Shown here in pieces: positions 51,392 through 60,889 of a stretch of DNA of 64,000 bases. Both the position numbers and the translations under genes were made by a program. The stretch's first letter is position 1; the number at the start of each line of letters is the position of its first letter. Source of the DNA: an uncultured virus (IMG/VR IMGVR_UViG_3300037249_000775) (lineage: Duplodnaviria; Heunggongvirae; Uroviricota; Caudoviricetes); the IMG/VR virus record IMGVR_UViG_3300037249_000775; one strand, written 5' to 3'. The notes under the pieces are model-generated. The model searched no databases. It was not told the origin of the DNA and worked only from the letters and a program-made list of their open reading frames with translations.

Positions 51392-53179
51392 ATGCATGTT
51401 TCTATTAATACGGATGCTGTATTAAATAGTAATCCTACAAAAAGGTTAATCATTGCTTTTGAAAATCTTAAAAAAGATTATACAGAAGAAAATGCAAAAG
51501 AATATATGAATTTATATAAAGACCGATCTCTCGGTTTTATTATTGAAAATTCAAGATATATTTTTTCAGAACCTTTTTTTGGTTATGAATTTTATAAAGA
51601 TGTAATTAATAATCCATATGCAATATTAATTACTGAATATGGAAATGAATGTGATAAAGTTTCTGACTTTGTAGAAGAATATGGTAAACAAATGGGTCTT
51701 ACACAAAGAACTATGTATGAATCATTATCTACAATTTTGGAATCTAAAAGTCATGATTATTCAAATACGATTACTGTTTTAAATCATGCATTCTTAAATG
51801 AATCTGTTAAAACTGCATATGATAATTTGATTCAACTTGTTTATGAACATGATAATTATGTAATAAATGATAAAACTAGTAGAGAATGGAATAATCTAAT
51901 TACTGAATCATTATCAGATATTGATAGTGCTGATATATTCTATACACTTACTCCTTATTTAAATAAGGTTGCCAATGTCAATGGATATTTATCATCAAAT
52001 CTTGATAATTATTTTTCCGAATGTAGTATTGAGAATGATAGAATCGATCATGATGAGTGGAAGAAATTTATCGAAAGCACTATTATTGTTTCAAAGTTAT
52101 ATCATGATGATGTTTATGTTGAAGCAGTAAATGGTTTAACTGGTCATGATAAATTATTACTATCATCAATGGCAGTCGAATCAATAAAAGACCAAATTAA
52201 TGATTTGAACATTAGATATGTTGGTGAATCATCAAATGATACATTTGACTGTTATTATTCTACACCTATGAATGCTGTTAATAAAGTTTTTGAAGATAGT
52301 AATTTTTATAGTATTTTCAAAGAAGATAATGAAGCAATTAAAGAGGAACGTACAAAATTGAGAGAATTTTCATTAGATTTAATCAGAGAGTACGTTGAAA
52401 TTGATTTCTATAATTCTAATGATATTGAAGATACTATTGAAGGTTATAATTTTTTTGAAGACGGAACAAGTATTGAAGATGCATATATGATGATTAGCGA
52501 ACGTGTATCAGGCGAACCATCTAAAACAATGAAGAATTTTACATCAGATTATAATGAAAAGAGTGAAGAAAAAAAGAAAAAATCTTTTAATCCTTTTCAT
52601 AACGATGATGAAGATGAGGATGATTCACCAAAAAAAGGTTCCGCCCCTAAAGCGAGTTTAGCTAGAAAAATTCAACATTCAGCAATGGATGAAGAATCAA
52701 ATAAATATAAAAAAATGGCTGATAATGAGCAGAAGGGGCAAGAAATAAAGAATGCAGTAAAAGCAGTTTATAAAACTGCTACTACAATACCAAGTAATGT
52801 TAGTGGTAAAATTAAAAGTACCATTAAAGAATGGGATGAAGCTGATGATGAGAAGAGAAAGAAATATATGGCTGAACCTGGATTTAGAAAAAAATATTTT
52901 AGAAATCTAAAGTTAGCTTTAATGTATGGTGCAACAGCATCGGTTAATCCGCTTTTATTACCTATAGCATTTATGGGTAGACATATGTCAAAAGAAAAAA
53001 ATAAAAGAATTAGAAATGAATATGTAAAAGAACTTACAACAGAAATTAAAGTATGTGAAGAAAAAATTCAAGATGCTCAATATAATGGAGATAAAGCAGA
53101 AAAATATAAATTAATGCGAATTAAAGGTCAACTTGAACAACAATTGTATCGTGTTAAGATGAATAGTAAATATGCATAA
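51392..53179 (+). CDS. Probable head-associated protein
   Basis: Late promoter 51346-51357; AAGGAGG RBS; many hydrophobic-x-E(S/A) sites; located in capsid cluster. Confidence 0.6.
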   Translation: MHVSINTDAVLNSNPTKRLIIAFENLKKDYTEENAKEYMNLYKDRSLGFIIENSRYIFSEPFFGYEFYKDVINNPYAILITEYGNECDKVSDFVEEYGKQMGLTQRTMYESLSTILESKSHDYSNTITVLNHAFLNESVKTAYDNLIQLVYEHDNYVINDKTSREWNNLITESLSDIDSADIFYTLTPYLNKVANVNGYLSSNLDNYFSECSIENDRIDHDEWKKFIESTIIVSKLYHDDVYVEAVNGLTGHDKLLLSSMAVESIKDQINDLNIRYVGESSNDTFDCYYSTPMNAVNKVFEDSNFYSIFKEDNEAIKEERTKLREFSLDLIREYVEIDFYNSNDIEDTIEGYNFFEDGTSIEDAYMMISERVSGEPSKTMKNFTSDYNEKSEEKKKKSFNPFHNDDEDEDDSPKKGSAPKASLARKIQHSAMDEESNKYKKMADNEQKGQEIKNAVKAVYKTATTIPSNVSGKIKSTIKEWDEADDEKRKKYMAEPGFRKKYFRNLKLALMYGATASVNPLLLPIAFMGRHMSKEKNKRIRNEYVKELTTEIKVCEEKIQDAQYNGDKAEKYKLMRIKGQLEQQLYRVKMNSKYA

Positions 53180-53190
53180 GGGGTGATATT

Positions 53191-54072
53191 ATGATTATTA
53201 AAATTAAAAATATTAATCCCTATGGTAAATATTTTCTTGCTACTGAAGCAGACAATGATGATGGTACTGAGGAAGAAGCAACACCTAAAAAAAGAAATGT
53301 TAAAGTAGTTTCTGCTGGACCCGATAAACGTCGTAAAGATTTTACTAAACTTCCCGATGACGATACCGCCGATGCACCAGATGAACCTGAAACCTCAGAT
53401 GATGATACAGATTTTTCTGATACAAGCGATGGCAATTCAGAAGATACAACTACCGATGATACTCCCGATGAACCTGAAACTGATGAAGATGAACAAGATT
53501 TTACAGATACTGATGATGGTGATACGGGTGATGATTCTGAAGGTGGAGAAGAATCATCAGATGAACCTGCTGTTGACAATGGTGATGATGGTGGGGGAGC
53601 TGAAGATGATAGTGGAGAAGATGATGGACCTGCAATAGATGAAGATGATGACACCGATTTCACTGATGCTGGAGAAGATGGTGAAGGCGATGACGAATCT
53701 GGTGGAGATGAAGATGGCGACGGTGATGGTGGAAGTGATAACGATAAAAAAGTCGGTGTTGATCTAAGTTCTACTAGAAAGTATAATCTTTATAAAGAAT
53801 ATATGTCATTATATAATTCTTGTAATAACTATATCAATAAACTAGAGAATGTAATAAAAGATGATGCTGAAGTAAACCAAATTATTCGTTTATCTGTTGT
53901 TAATTTAAGAAAAATTAAAGATTTAGTCTATGATTATATGACAATTAGATTTACATTAAATACATATGTGCAATCTTTATTATTCTATCAAAAAATGGTT
54001 GTATCTGTTCAATTAGTATTTAAGATGCTAGCATCTATAAAGAAAAATAAACCTGATAAGACAAAACATTAG
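53191..54072 (+). CDS. Very acidic protein, possible scaffold/prohead core
   Basis: Long D/E/G-rich central region; directly upstream of the major capsid gene. Confidence 0.55.
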   Translation: MIIKIKNINPYGKYFLATEADNDDGTEEEATPKKRNVKVVSAGPDKRRKDFTKLPDDDTADAPDEPETSDDDTDFSDTSDGNSEDTTTDDTPDEPETDEDEQDFTDTDDGDTGDDSEGGEESSDEPAVDNGDDGGGAEDDSGEDDGPAIDEDDDTDFTDAGEDGEGDDESGGDEDGDGDGGSDNDKKVGVDLSSTRKYNLYKEYMSLYNSCNNYINKLENVIKDDAEVNQIIRLSVVNLRKIKDLVYDYMTIRFTLNTYVQSLLFYQKMVVSVQLVFKMLASIKKNKPDKTKH

Positions 54073-54203
54073 AATAAAAGTAATGAAAAAATAATATTAT
54101 AATTTTCATTATTAAACAGATATATAAATTCAATTTATTAATAATCCAAAGAAAGGAGATAGTTATTAAGTTTATAAAAATTTAATAACGATGTAATTAT
54201 ATT

Positions 54204-55991
54204 ATGTTAAATTTTTTAACGGAATCTTCTAAAGATTTCAAAGAGACTGAAACTATTGGTGCATTCAGTAATGGCGTAGATAGAAACTCCTTTGATCATA
54301 TTTTTACAGAGGCTTATGAGAATCTTCTTGGTAAGAATGTAGATCTTTTGAGAGATGTAAATACTGTAATTAATAACAAGGCTATTCTTGCTAGCTTTAA
54401 GGATCAGTTACTTGGTGAGTTAATGACAGAGTGTGCTGAGATGGAGCAGGATCCTATGCAGTATGGTACACACGCTAATCGTTATAGCCAGGTATCTGAT
54501 ATGTTTGACAACTGTGTTGATGATTTCCTTGTTGAGTCTACAAGAGTTGGTAACCTTCTTCCGATTAAGGCTATTGATTTCCCTGTACTTGTAAAGCAGG
54601 CTCTTAAGCTTACATCTAATGATATTATCCAGACAGAGGTTACAAGAACACCTGTTATTAAGAAGCACCTTGAGCAGACATATATCGTTGATAGCAACGA
54701 CAAGACAAAGAGATGGAAGTATCCTCAGTGTTTCTTCACTGGTGAGTTTATGGAAGCATTTAATGCTGGTAAGGGTCTTCCGATTAGTACTACACCTGTA
54801 GCCGTTTCGGCTATCAAGAATTACGATATCGTTCGCAATCTTACGACAGCAGTTAATCCTGCTCGTGAGTTTATCACATTTAATCTTCAGATTACAAAGG
54901 CTATTGTAGAGGATACACATGGTGAGGAAGTTGAGATTGTTCTTAATCCTCCGATGAGAATCAATATGTCCGATAATACATGGCTTGGTGGTAAGATTAA
55001 GAAGACAGTTAAGGATTCTGTTGGTGATGATCTTGAAGTTGATGATCTTATCATGGGTATGATTGACTTCACAACAAATAGCACAAGTATTTCTACCGTT
55101 ACAGGTCAGGTTAAGAAAGTTGTATTTGGTGGTTATCTTTCTAATGAGCTCAACGAGAGAAGCGTAACATTTGATTACTCACGTGAAGAGAGAGAGTGGA
55201 AGATTGAAGATGGTACAAGAGTAGACGTTCCGTATAGCCTTGAGGAGCTTGAGGATACAAAGGCACTCATGGATATTGATCTTTACAAGAAGACATACAA
55301 TAACCTTTCAGATTATCTTATCCAGATGGAGGATAGTCAGGTATTGACATGGCTCGATGAGCAGTTTAAATTTTATAAGGGTGTAGAGATTCCTGAGGAT
55401 GATATTCTTGGTTTCGGTGGTTGGATTTCTGAGAGAATCTTCGATGCTGACTCCACATCTATTACAACAGCTCTTCCGGTTGAGTATATTCAGAAGATGC
55501 TTAAGTTCAAGATTGATGGTATCATTACAGATATTTGTGATACAGCAAAGCTTGAGAACATGACATTCGTTATTTATGGTAACCCGAGATATGTTCGTTT
55601 CCTTGATCCTGAGGTTAAGTGGGTTACAAGACCTGGTTCTTCTTCGAATGGTGTAAAGCTTGATTACAGCTATGGTATCATGACATCTGGTGATGTTAAG
55701 GTACAGGTTGTATCTACAAAGAAGGTTAATGCTAAGTATGATGCAGATGAGAAGCTTCATAAGGGTCTTAGAATTATCCCGTTCCCGCTTTCGAATGAGC
55801 AGATGACATTTAAGCATTATAAGTATACAACTCATATTCTTACAGCTCAGAACTCTGCATACAGAGCAGCAGATCGTCCGGGTGGTTCTATGACTAACCT
55901 CATGGGTGTATCTCGTTATACAAACGCATCCGTTCAGGCTATTCAGACGGAGCTCGACTTCATGAATCTTGAGCCATGGGTTAAACTTTAA
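54204..55991 (+). CDS. Major capsid protein (probable)
   Basis: Strongest codon bias in the window (AAG/GAG/CAG/CTT); own late promoter 54115-54126 and terminator ~56023-56061; N-terminal propeptide-like region ending FLVES; near terminase. Confidence 0.72.
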   Translation: MLNFLTESSKDFKETETIGAFSNGVDRNSFDHIFTEAYENLLGKNVDLLRDVNTVINNKAILASFKDQLLGELMTECAEMEQDPMQYGTHANRYSQVSDMFDNCVDDFLVESTRVGNLLPIKAIDFPVLVKQALKLTSNDIIQTEVTRTPVIKKHLEQTYIVDSNDKTKRWKYPQCFFTGEFMEAFNAGKGLPISTTPVAVSAIKNYDIVRNLTTAVNPAREFITFNLQITKAIVEDTHGEEVEIVLNPPMRINMSDNTWLGGKIKKTVKDSVGDDLEVDDLIMGMIDFTTNSTSISTVTGQVKKVVFGGYLSNELNERSVTFDYSREEREWKIEDGTRVDVPYSLEELEDTKALMDIDLYKKTYNNLSDYLIQMEDSQVLTWLDEQFKFYKGVEIPEDDILGFGGWISERIFDADSTSITTALPVEYIQKMLKFKIDGIITDICDTAKLENMTFVIYGNPRYVRFLDPEVKWVTRPGSSSNGVKLDYSYGIMTSGDVKVQVVSTKKVNAKYDADEKLHKGLRIIPFPLSNEQMTFKHYKYTTHILTAQNSAYRAADRPGGSMTNLMGVSRYTNASVQAIQTELDFMNLEPWVKL

Positions 55992-56092
55992 TTATATTTA
56001 ATATTTTAATTAGTATATATTTAAAGCATCGTAAGATTTTATTCTTACGATGCTTTTTTTTAAATTAAAAACTATTTTTATAACAATATAGT

Positions 56093-56176
56093 AAGCATCT
56101 ATGTTTTGTTTTATCGACAAGCAAACCATAAATAAATTAAAGAGATAACATCTATTTGTTATCTCTTAATTTTTTT
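56093..56176 (+). ncRNA. Candidate late small RNA
   Basis: AACA-atatag-TA 56082-56093; CAT 56127 but no clear anti-SD; hairpin ~56135-56171 then T-run. Confidence 0.45.
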
Positions 56177-56187
56177 AACATTATAGT

Positions 56188-56287
56188 AATAATTAGAATT
56201 TTCTGTTAATTTTTGACACATTTTTTCTCTCCTTATTTATATATGCAATATTGAATAGAGTAACACTACTCTATTCAATATTTTTTT
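56188..56287 (+). ncRNA. Candidate late antisense sRNA (anti-RBS/start)
   Basis: AACA-ttatag-TA 56177-56188; CAT 56219, CTCTCCTT 56227-56234; hairpin 56247-56282 then T-run. Confidence 0.55.
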
Positions 56288-56351
56288 AAACATAGTTGAT
56301 ACAATAATATAAGTTAGTGTAATATTTAAAGATAAGAAAGGAGAAAAATAA

Positions 56352-57605
56352 ATGATTTCAAATCGTAAAACTAATCCACAATTAGTTAGTATTGAAAATG
56401 GCTTTAAGGTATTAAAAGAAAATCCTTCTAGTGAAGTTGGACTTGAGTTAATACGTTCTAGCACAGAAAATATTTTTCCGTATACATTTCATGTAAATAT
56501 TATTAATGTTAAAGATAGTAGTCCGTTATTTGTAATGAGTGTATTTCCTGATAAAAGTACGCTTGATAAAGTAATTGATGCTATTGTTTCTAATGATAAT
56601 AAAGCGATTTCAAAGATATGGTCACAAGCTAAAGATTGGACAATAGAGATAGATGGTAGAATTTTAAATCCTGCTATTATTGATTTAACTGAAAAAGAGT
56701 TGGCTGCAATTTATTGTCATGAAATTGGTCATATTATTTATTCTAATAGTATACCAAATAAAATCTCGATGGTATTACAATATGAAATTGCAGTATCAAG
56801 TAATAAATTCTTAATAAGAGATAAATTCTTTAAAAAATTTCTTTCTTTACCAATTCTTAATTCTTGTAGAGTTAATAAGAATGAGTCTATGAAAGAAGAA
56901 ATAAAAGCAGATAAATTTGCTAAGAAATTGGGTTATCAAACTGATTTAATTTCTGTAATGAGAAAATTTCAAATGTGCCCTGCTTATTCTGAGGAAGATA
57001 ATCCTACTGAGGGAATGAAAAAGATGGCTTATTTTTCTCTTAATTCGATGGAACAATTTAAACAGAGAGAAACTAAATTAGTTGAAGCAACTATCGAAAG
57101 AATGGCAGCTGAATGTAATAGTATATATATTGAAAGTGTTTTAAATGAAATACTTGATAATTGTTTTAGAGATACAGAAGGAACCTCTATGACAAGATAT
57201 AAAAAACTTGATATGTTATATAATAGAGCTGCATTATATGATGAAAATGTTTGTTTGGATTTAAATAAATATCCTGAACTAACTCTTGAATTTGGTAAGC
57301 AACCAGAAATCAATGAATATACACTAGATTATATTTTAATAAAAATTAAATCTATAAAAACTAATGATGATAAAATGATGATTGTATCGTATATTCATTC
57401 TAAATTAGATATAATAGATTATTATTTACAAATAATTAATAAAAAAAAGAAATTATTTGTTCGATGCCCTTATACGGCAGAAGAACTTGAACGATATAAA
57501 ACAAAACTGTTATCTTTACTCGAAGATGCTATAGATACCCCAGTTATTGATGGTAAAACTAATACTAGTATTTTCGTAGCATACCCAAAAGGGTATGAAG
57601 GCTAA
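56352..57605 (+). CDS. Zn-metalloprotease-like (HEXXH) protein
   Basis: ELAAIYCHEIGH and EIKADKFA (M48-like pattern). Confidence 0.7.
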   Translation: MISNRKTNPQLVSIENGFKVLKENPSSEVGLELIRSSTENIFPYTFHVNIINVKDSSPLFVMSVFPDKSTLDKVIDAIVSNDNKAISKIWSQAKDWTIEIDGRILNPAIIDLTEKELAAIYCHEIGHIIYSNSIPNKISMVLQYEIAVSSNKFLIRDKFFKKFLSLPILNSCRVNKNESMKEEIKADKFAKKLGYQTDLISVMRKFQMCPAYSEEDNPTEGMKKMAYFSLNSMEQFKQRETKLVEATIERMAAECNSIYIESVLNEILDNCFRDTEGTSMTRYKKLDMLYNRAALYDENVCLDLNKYPELTLEFGKQPEINEYTLDYILIKIKSIKTNDDKMMIVSYIHSKLDIIDYYLQIINKKKKLFVRCPYTAEELERYKTKLLSLLEDAIDTPVIDGKTNTSIFVAYPKGYEG

Positions 57606-57852
57606 GATACTAGTTTACAAAAAAAGAGACTTACTTGAATTATAATTCAAGTAAGTCTCTCATTATTAACTGGTTAGATGCAATACCAAAAGGTATTATC
57701 TAACCAGTTAATAATAATTTTTTTGATTGTCCATCTAATAGTCTTACGACCGAGGAACTCCTCGTTGATAAAATCAATAACAGTATTTTTTCTTTTCATA
57801 TATATTAAATTAATCAAAATACGTTTTAATAATACTGAAAGGTGGTATTTAT

Positions 57853-58686
57853 ATGAAGTACGATAGAAAAACAGAAAATAAATCATTTATTGATATGTGG
57901 CATCATCTTCAGCGTTATAATATTGAAAATAATATTTTTATGCTTGGAACTAGAGATAGTATGTTATTAGAATTTTCTATGGATAAATGGAATTCTTTTC
58001 CTCGTGCCACTGATGGTGATTATAAAGTTCTTGAGGGTTTTAGATATAGACTTATTGATGAAATTAGAGAAAATATATGGTTTTACTTTAGAGAAATTGT
58101 ATTTGTACCTGATAAAGAAAATCCTGGTAAGTTTAAACACTTTAATTTAACTCCACAAACAATGATGATGATTTATTTATACATTAATAATAGTTCATAC
58201 ATCACAACAGAAATAAATGATGATATTTTAATGACTCAATATTTTTTGTGGGCATATAATAGACATTTTAAAAATAATGATATGATTATTACTAATAGTG
58301 TAAGTAACACAAATAATATTATCAAAGATATTGATTGCTCAATATTAAATTCAAAAACTCCAGTTCCATTAGGAACTAATGAAATGATAAGTGATAGTTT
58401 TAGACGTTGTATTTTTATTAATGAAAAAACTTTTACTGATTCTTTTGATTTATTCACATACGTAAATAAAGAATATAAAAAATTTATTAGTATTAATTAT
58501 TGGATGGATAAAAATAAAGTATTATTTACATTAGATAATGGAAGTATTAATTTATATAATAGAGTAGTTCAATTAAATAAAGAATATAAATTATATCTTT
58601 TAGGAAATAACGATAATAGTGAACTTGACAAAGCAGGAGTCCTTCTTTACGATAAAGATAAACTAAAAGATATATATTTAATTTAA
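57853..58686 (+). CDS. Degenerate paralog of the terminase N-terminal region
   Basis: NKSFIDM..HL....I.N..FML and NIWFYFREIVFVPD align to terminase NTTFLQV..DL...GIKN.FFML and NPWYYLREISRIPD; no Walker A. Confidence 0.65.
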   Translation: MKYDRKTENKSFIDMWHHLQRYNIENNIFMLGTRDSMLLEFSMDKWNSFPRATDGDYKVLEGFRYRLIDEIRENIWFYFREIVFVPDKENPGKFKHFNLTPQTMMMIYLYINNSSYITTEINDDILMTQYFLWAYNRHFKNNDMIITNSVSNTNNIIKDIDCSILNSKTPVPLGTNEMISDSFRRCIFINEKTFTDSFDLFTYVNKEYKKFISINYWMDKNKVLFTLDNGSINLYNRVVQLNKEYKLYLLGNNDNSELDKAGVLLYDKDKLKDIYLI

Positions 58687-58697
58687 GAGGTGATATA

Positions 58698-60824
58698 ATG
58701 AAAGCACGACTTGCTAGAGTAGGAAATAATTTATATGACCTAGGAACTAGTAATACAACATTCTTACAAGTAGCGGAAGATTTAAAAACTTTAGGAATAA
58801 AAAACTGGTTTTTTATGCTTCAATTGTATGATCCAACATTGGTTACTGTAGACCCATTTGCAGTTGATCCTAAAACAAAACACACATCATTAACACAAGA
58901 CCAGATTGCACGTATAGTGAATGAGTGTGTTAGAAATCCATGGTATTATTTACGTGAAATATCAAGAATACCTGACCAGGGTGGTACAGCAGTTCCATAT
59001 AAAGCTAATAGAGGAAATATTGCACAAGCTTACTGTATTTTACGTGGATTAGATTCATGGCTAGAACTTGTTAGACAGAAAGGTAAAACACAATCAGCTC
59101 TTGCTATACAAGCTTGGGCTTATAATTTTGGTACAACAAATTCTGAATTTATTTTTGTGAATAAAGATGGTGATAATGCTAAAACTAATTTAAGACGTTT
59201 AACTGACCAAATTAATTTATTACCTGAATATTTACAATTTAAATCTGTTGTAGATGAAGAGGGTGTACGAACCAAAGCAAGAAATAATGCTACAATGATT
59301 AGACACCCGATTAATAATAATTCAATTATTACTAAACCTAAAGCAACATCATATGATAAGGCGTTGTCATTAGCTAGAGGTCTTACAGCACCTATTTTAC
59401 ATTTTGATGAGCCTGAATTTACCGAGCATATTGGAACGATTGTAGCAAACTCGGTATCTACATATGAACAAGCTGCATCAAATGCTAAAAAGAATAATGC
59501 TATGTATGCAAGAATATTTACATGTACACCCGGTGATCAAGATACAAAATCAGCACAGGAAGCTCAAAAAATATTAGACCGCACATGTCCATGGACAGAA
59601 CGTATTTATGATTGGACAGATGAACAAATAGAGAATTATATAGCATCACAAGGTAAAGAATGTAATAGAATATTTTATATTAAATATTATTATTATCAAA
59701 TTGGTTTAACACAAGAATGGCTACAAGAGATTAGTGCTAAAATTGGTGACCCATTAACAGTAAGAAGAGAAATACTTTTACAACGATTACATGGTTCATC
59801 ATTATCTCCGTTTGACCAAGAAGATATTGAATATATAGTTGAAACAGAACATAAACCTATTGATGAACTATGGTTATTAGATTATTTTAAATTTGATATT
59901 TATCAGCCATTAAATAAATATACAGCATATATTATTGGAGTTGACTGTTCAACAGGTACTAATGGTGATAATAATGCTATAACTATTTTAGACCCATATA
60001 CAGTAGAACCTGTCGCTGAGTTTGAATGTTCATTCATAGGAGAAACTAAATTCTGCAAATTATTAATTGAATTAATTTGTAAGCATTTACCTAAATCAGT
60101 TTTATGTATTGAACGTAATAGTGTGGGCGATGCAATTATTGATTTCTTATTAAATTCTTCTATTAGGTCTAATCTTTATTTTGATAAGGCAAAAGATTTA
60201 CAGGAAGAAAAAATGAAACAAAATGAAACGATAGAATCTATATTAAAAAAGCAAGCTCAAGTAAAAACATATTATGGTGTTTATACAAGTGGTAATTCTA
60301 GAGAAACTATGATGAGTATATTAGCTAGACATGTAAATGAATATAAAGAAAAATTTATTACACATAATATTATTAGAGATTTATCAAGACTAAAAAGAAC
60401 TGGTTCAGGTAAAGTTCAAGCTATTGGTGATGATCACGATGACTCTATAATGTCGTATTTAATAGCACTATATGTTTTATATCATGGCAATAATTTAATT
60501 TCATTTGGTATAATTAGAGGATTGCGTAATGAAGAAGTAATAGAAAAAAAACATAAAACTGCTGATGAAATTGATCCATCATTAGTATCTCAAGAATTGA
60601 TAGATAGTGTTAAAAAACAAGAGGCATTAGAACGACAAAGAACTTATGATGATATTATGCGTGAAGCAATAACTAATAGTCAAAAGAAAAGTTATAGCAT
60701 GTATCAATCTGGTATGATATCTAATAATATTTTTGGAAATACTCCTGAAGCAAAAATTATTAATGATATAGATAATAATGGTAGTATAGATTTAAATTTC
60801 TTTAATGAGTTAAATGGATTTTAA
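58698..60824 (+). CDS. Terminase large subunit
   Basis: Walker A RQKGKT, Walker B LHFDE, TCTPG coupling motif, nuclease GVDCSTG, IERNSVG, HDDSIMS. Confidence 0.9.
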   Translation: MKARLARVGNNLYDLGTSNTTFLQVAEDLKTLGIKNWFFMLQLYDPTLVTVDPFAVDPKTKHTSLTQDQIARIVNECVRNPWYYLREISRIPDQGGTAVPYKANRGNIAQAYCILRGLDSWLELVRQKGKTQSALAIQAWAYNFGTTNSEFIFVNKDGDNAKTNLRRLTDQINLLPEYLQFKSVVDEEGVRTKARNNATMIRHPINNNSIITKPKATSYDKALSLARGLTAPILHFDEPEFTEHIGTIVANSVSTYEQAASNAKKNNAMYARIFTCTPGDQDTKSAQEAQKILDRTCPWTERIYDWTDEQIENYIASQGKECNRIFYIKYYYYQIGLTQEWLQEISAKIGDPLTVRREILLQRLHGSSLSPFDQEDIEYIVETEHKPIDELWLLDYFKFDIYQPLNKYTAYIIGVDCSTGTNGDNNAITILDPYTVEPVAEFECSFIGETKFCKLLIELICKHLPKSVLCIERNSVGDAIIDFLLNSSIRSNLYFDKAKDLQEEKMKQNETIESILKKQAQVKTYYGVYTSGNSRETMMSILARHVNEYKEKFITHNIIRDLSRLKRTGSGKVQAIGDDHDDSIMSYLIALYVLYHGNNLISFGIIRGLRNEEVIEKKHKTADEIDPSLVSQELIDSVKKQEALERQRTYDDIMREAITNSQKKSYSMYQSGMISNNIFGNTPEAKIINDIDNNGSIDLNFFNELNGF

Positions 60825-60889
60825 AAAATAATTACTACGAAAACCTTTATCTAATATCCTAATTTATAAAATTGAAAGGAGAGAATGAT

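Noticed and set aside
54198..54205. TATATTAT overlapping the capsid start codon as an early promoter
   Set aside because: Would initiate inside the gene; the motif is likely by chance in such AT-rich DNA, and a late promoter exists at 54115
53220..55835. Minus-strand and alternative-frame ORFs over the acidic protein and capsid genes
   Set aside because: Artefacts of low complexity and strong codon bias on the coding strand
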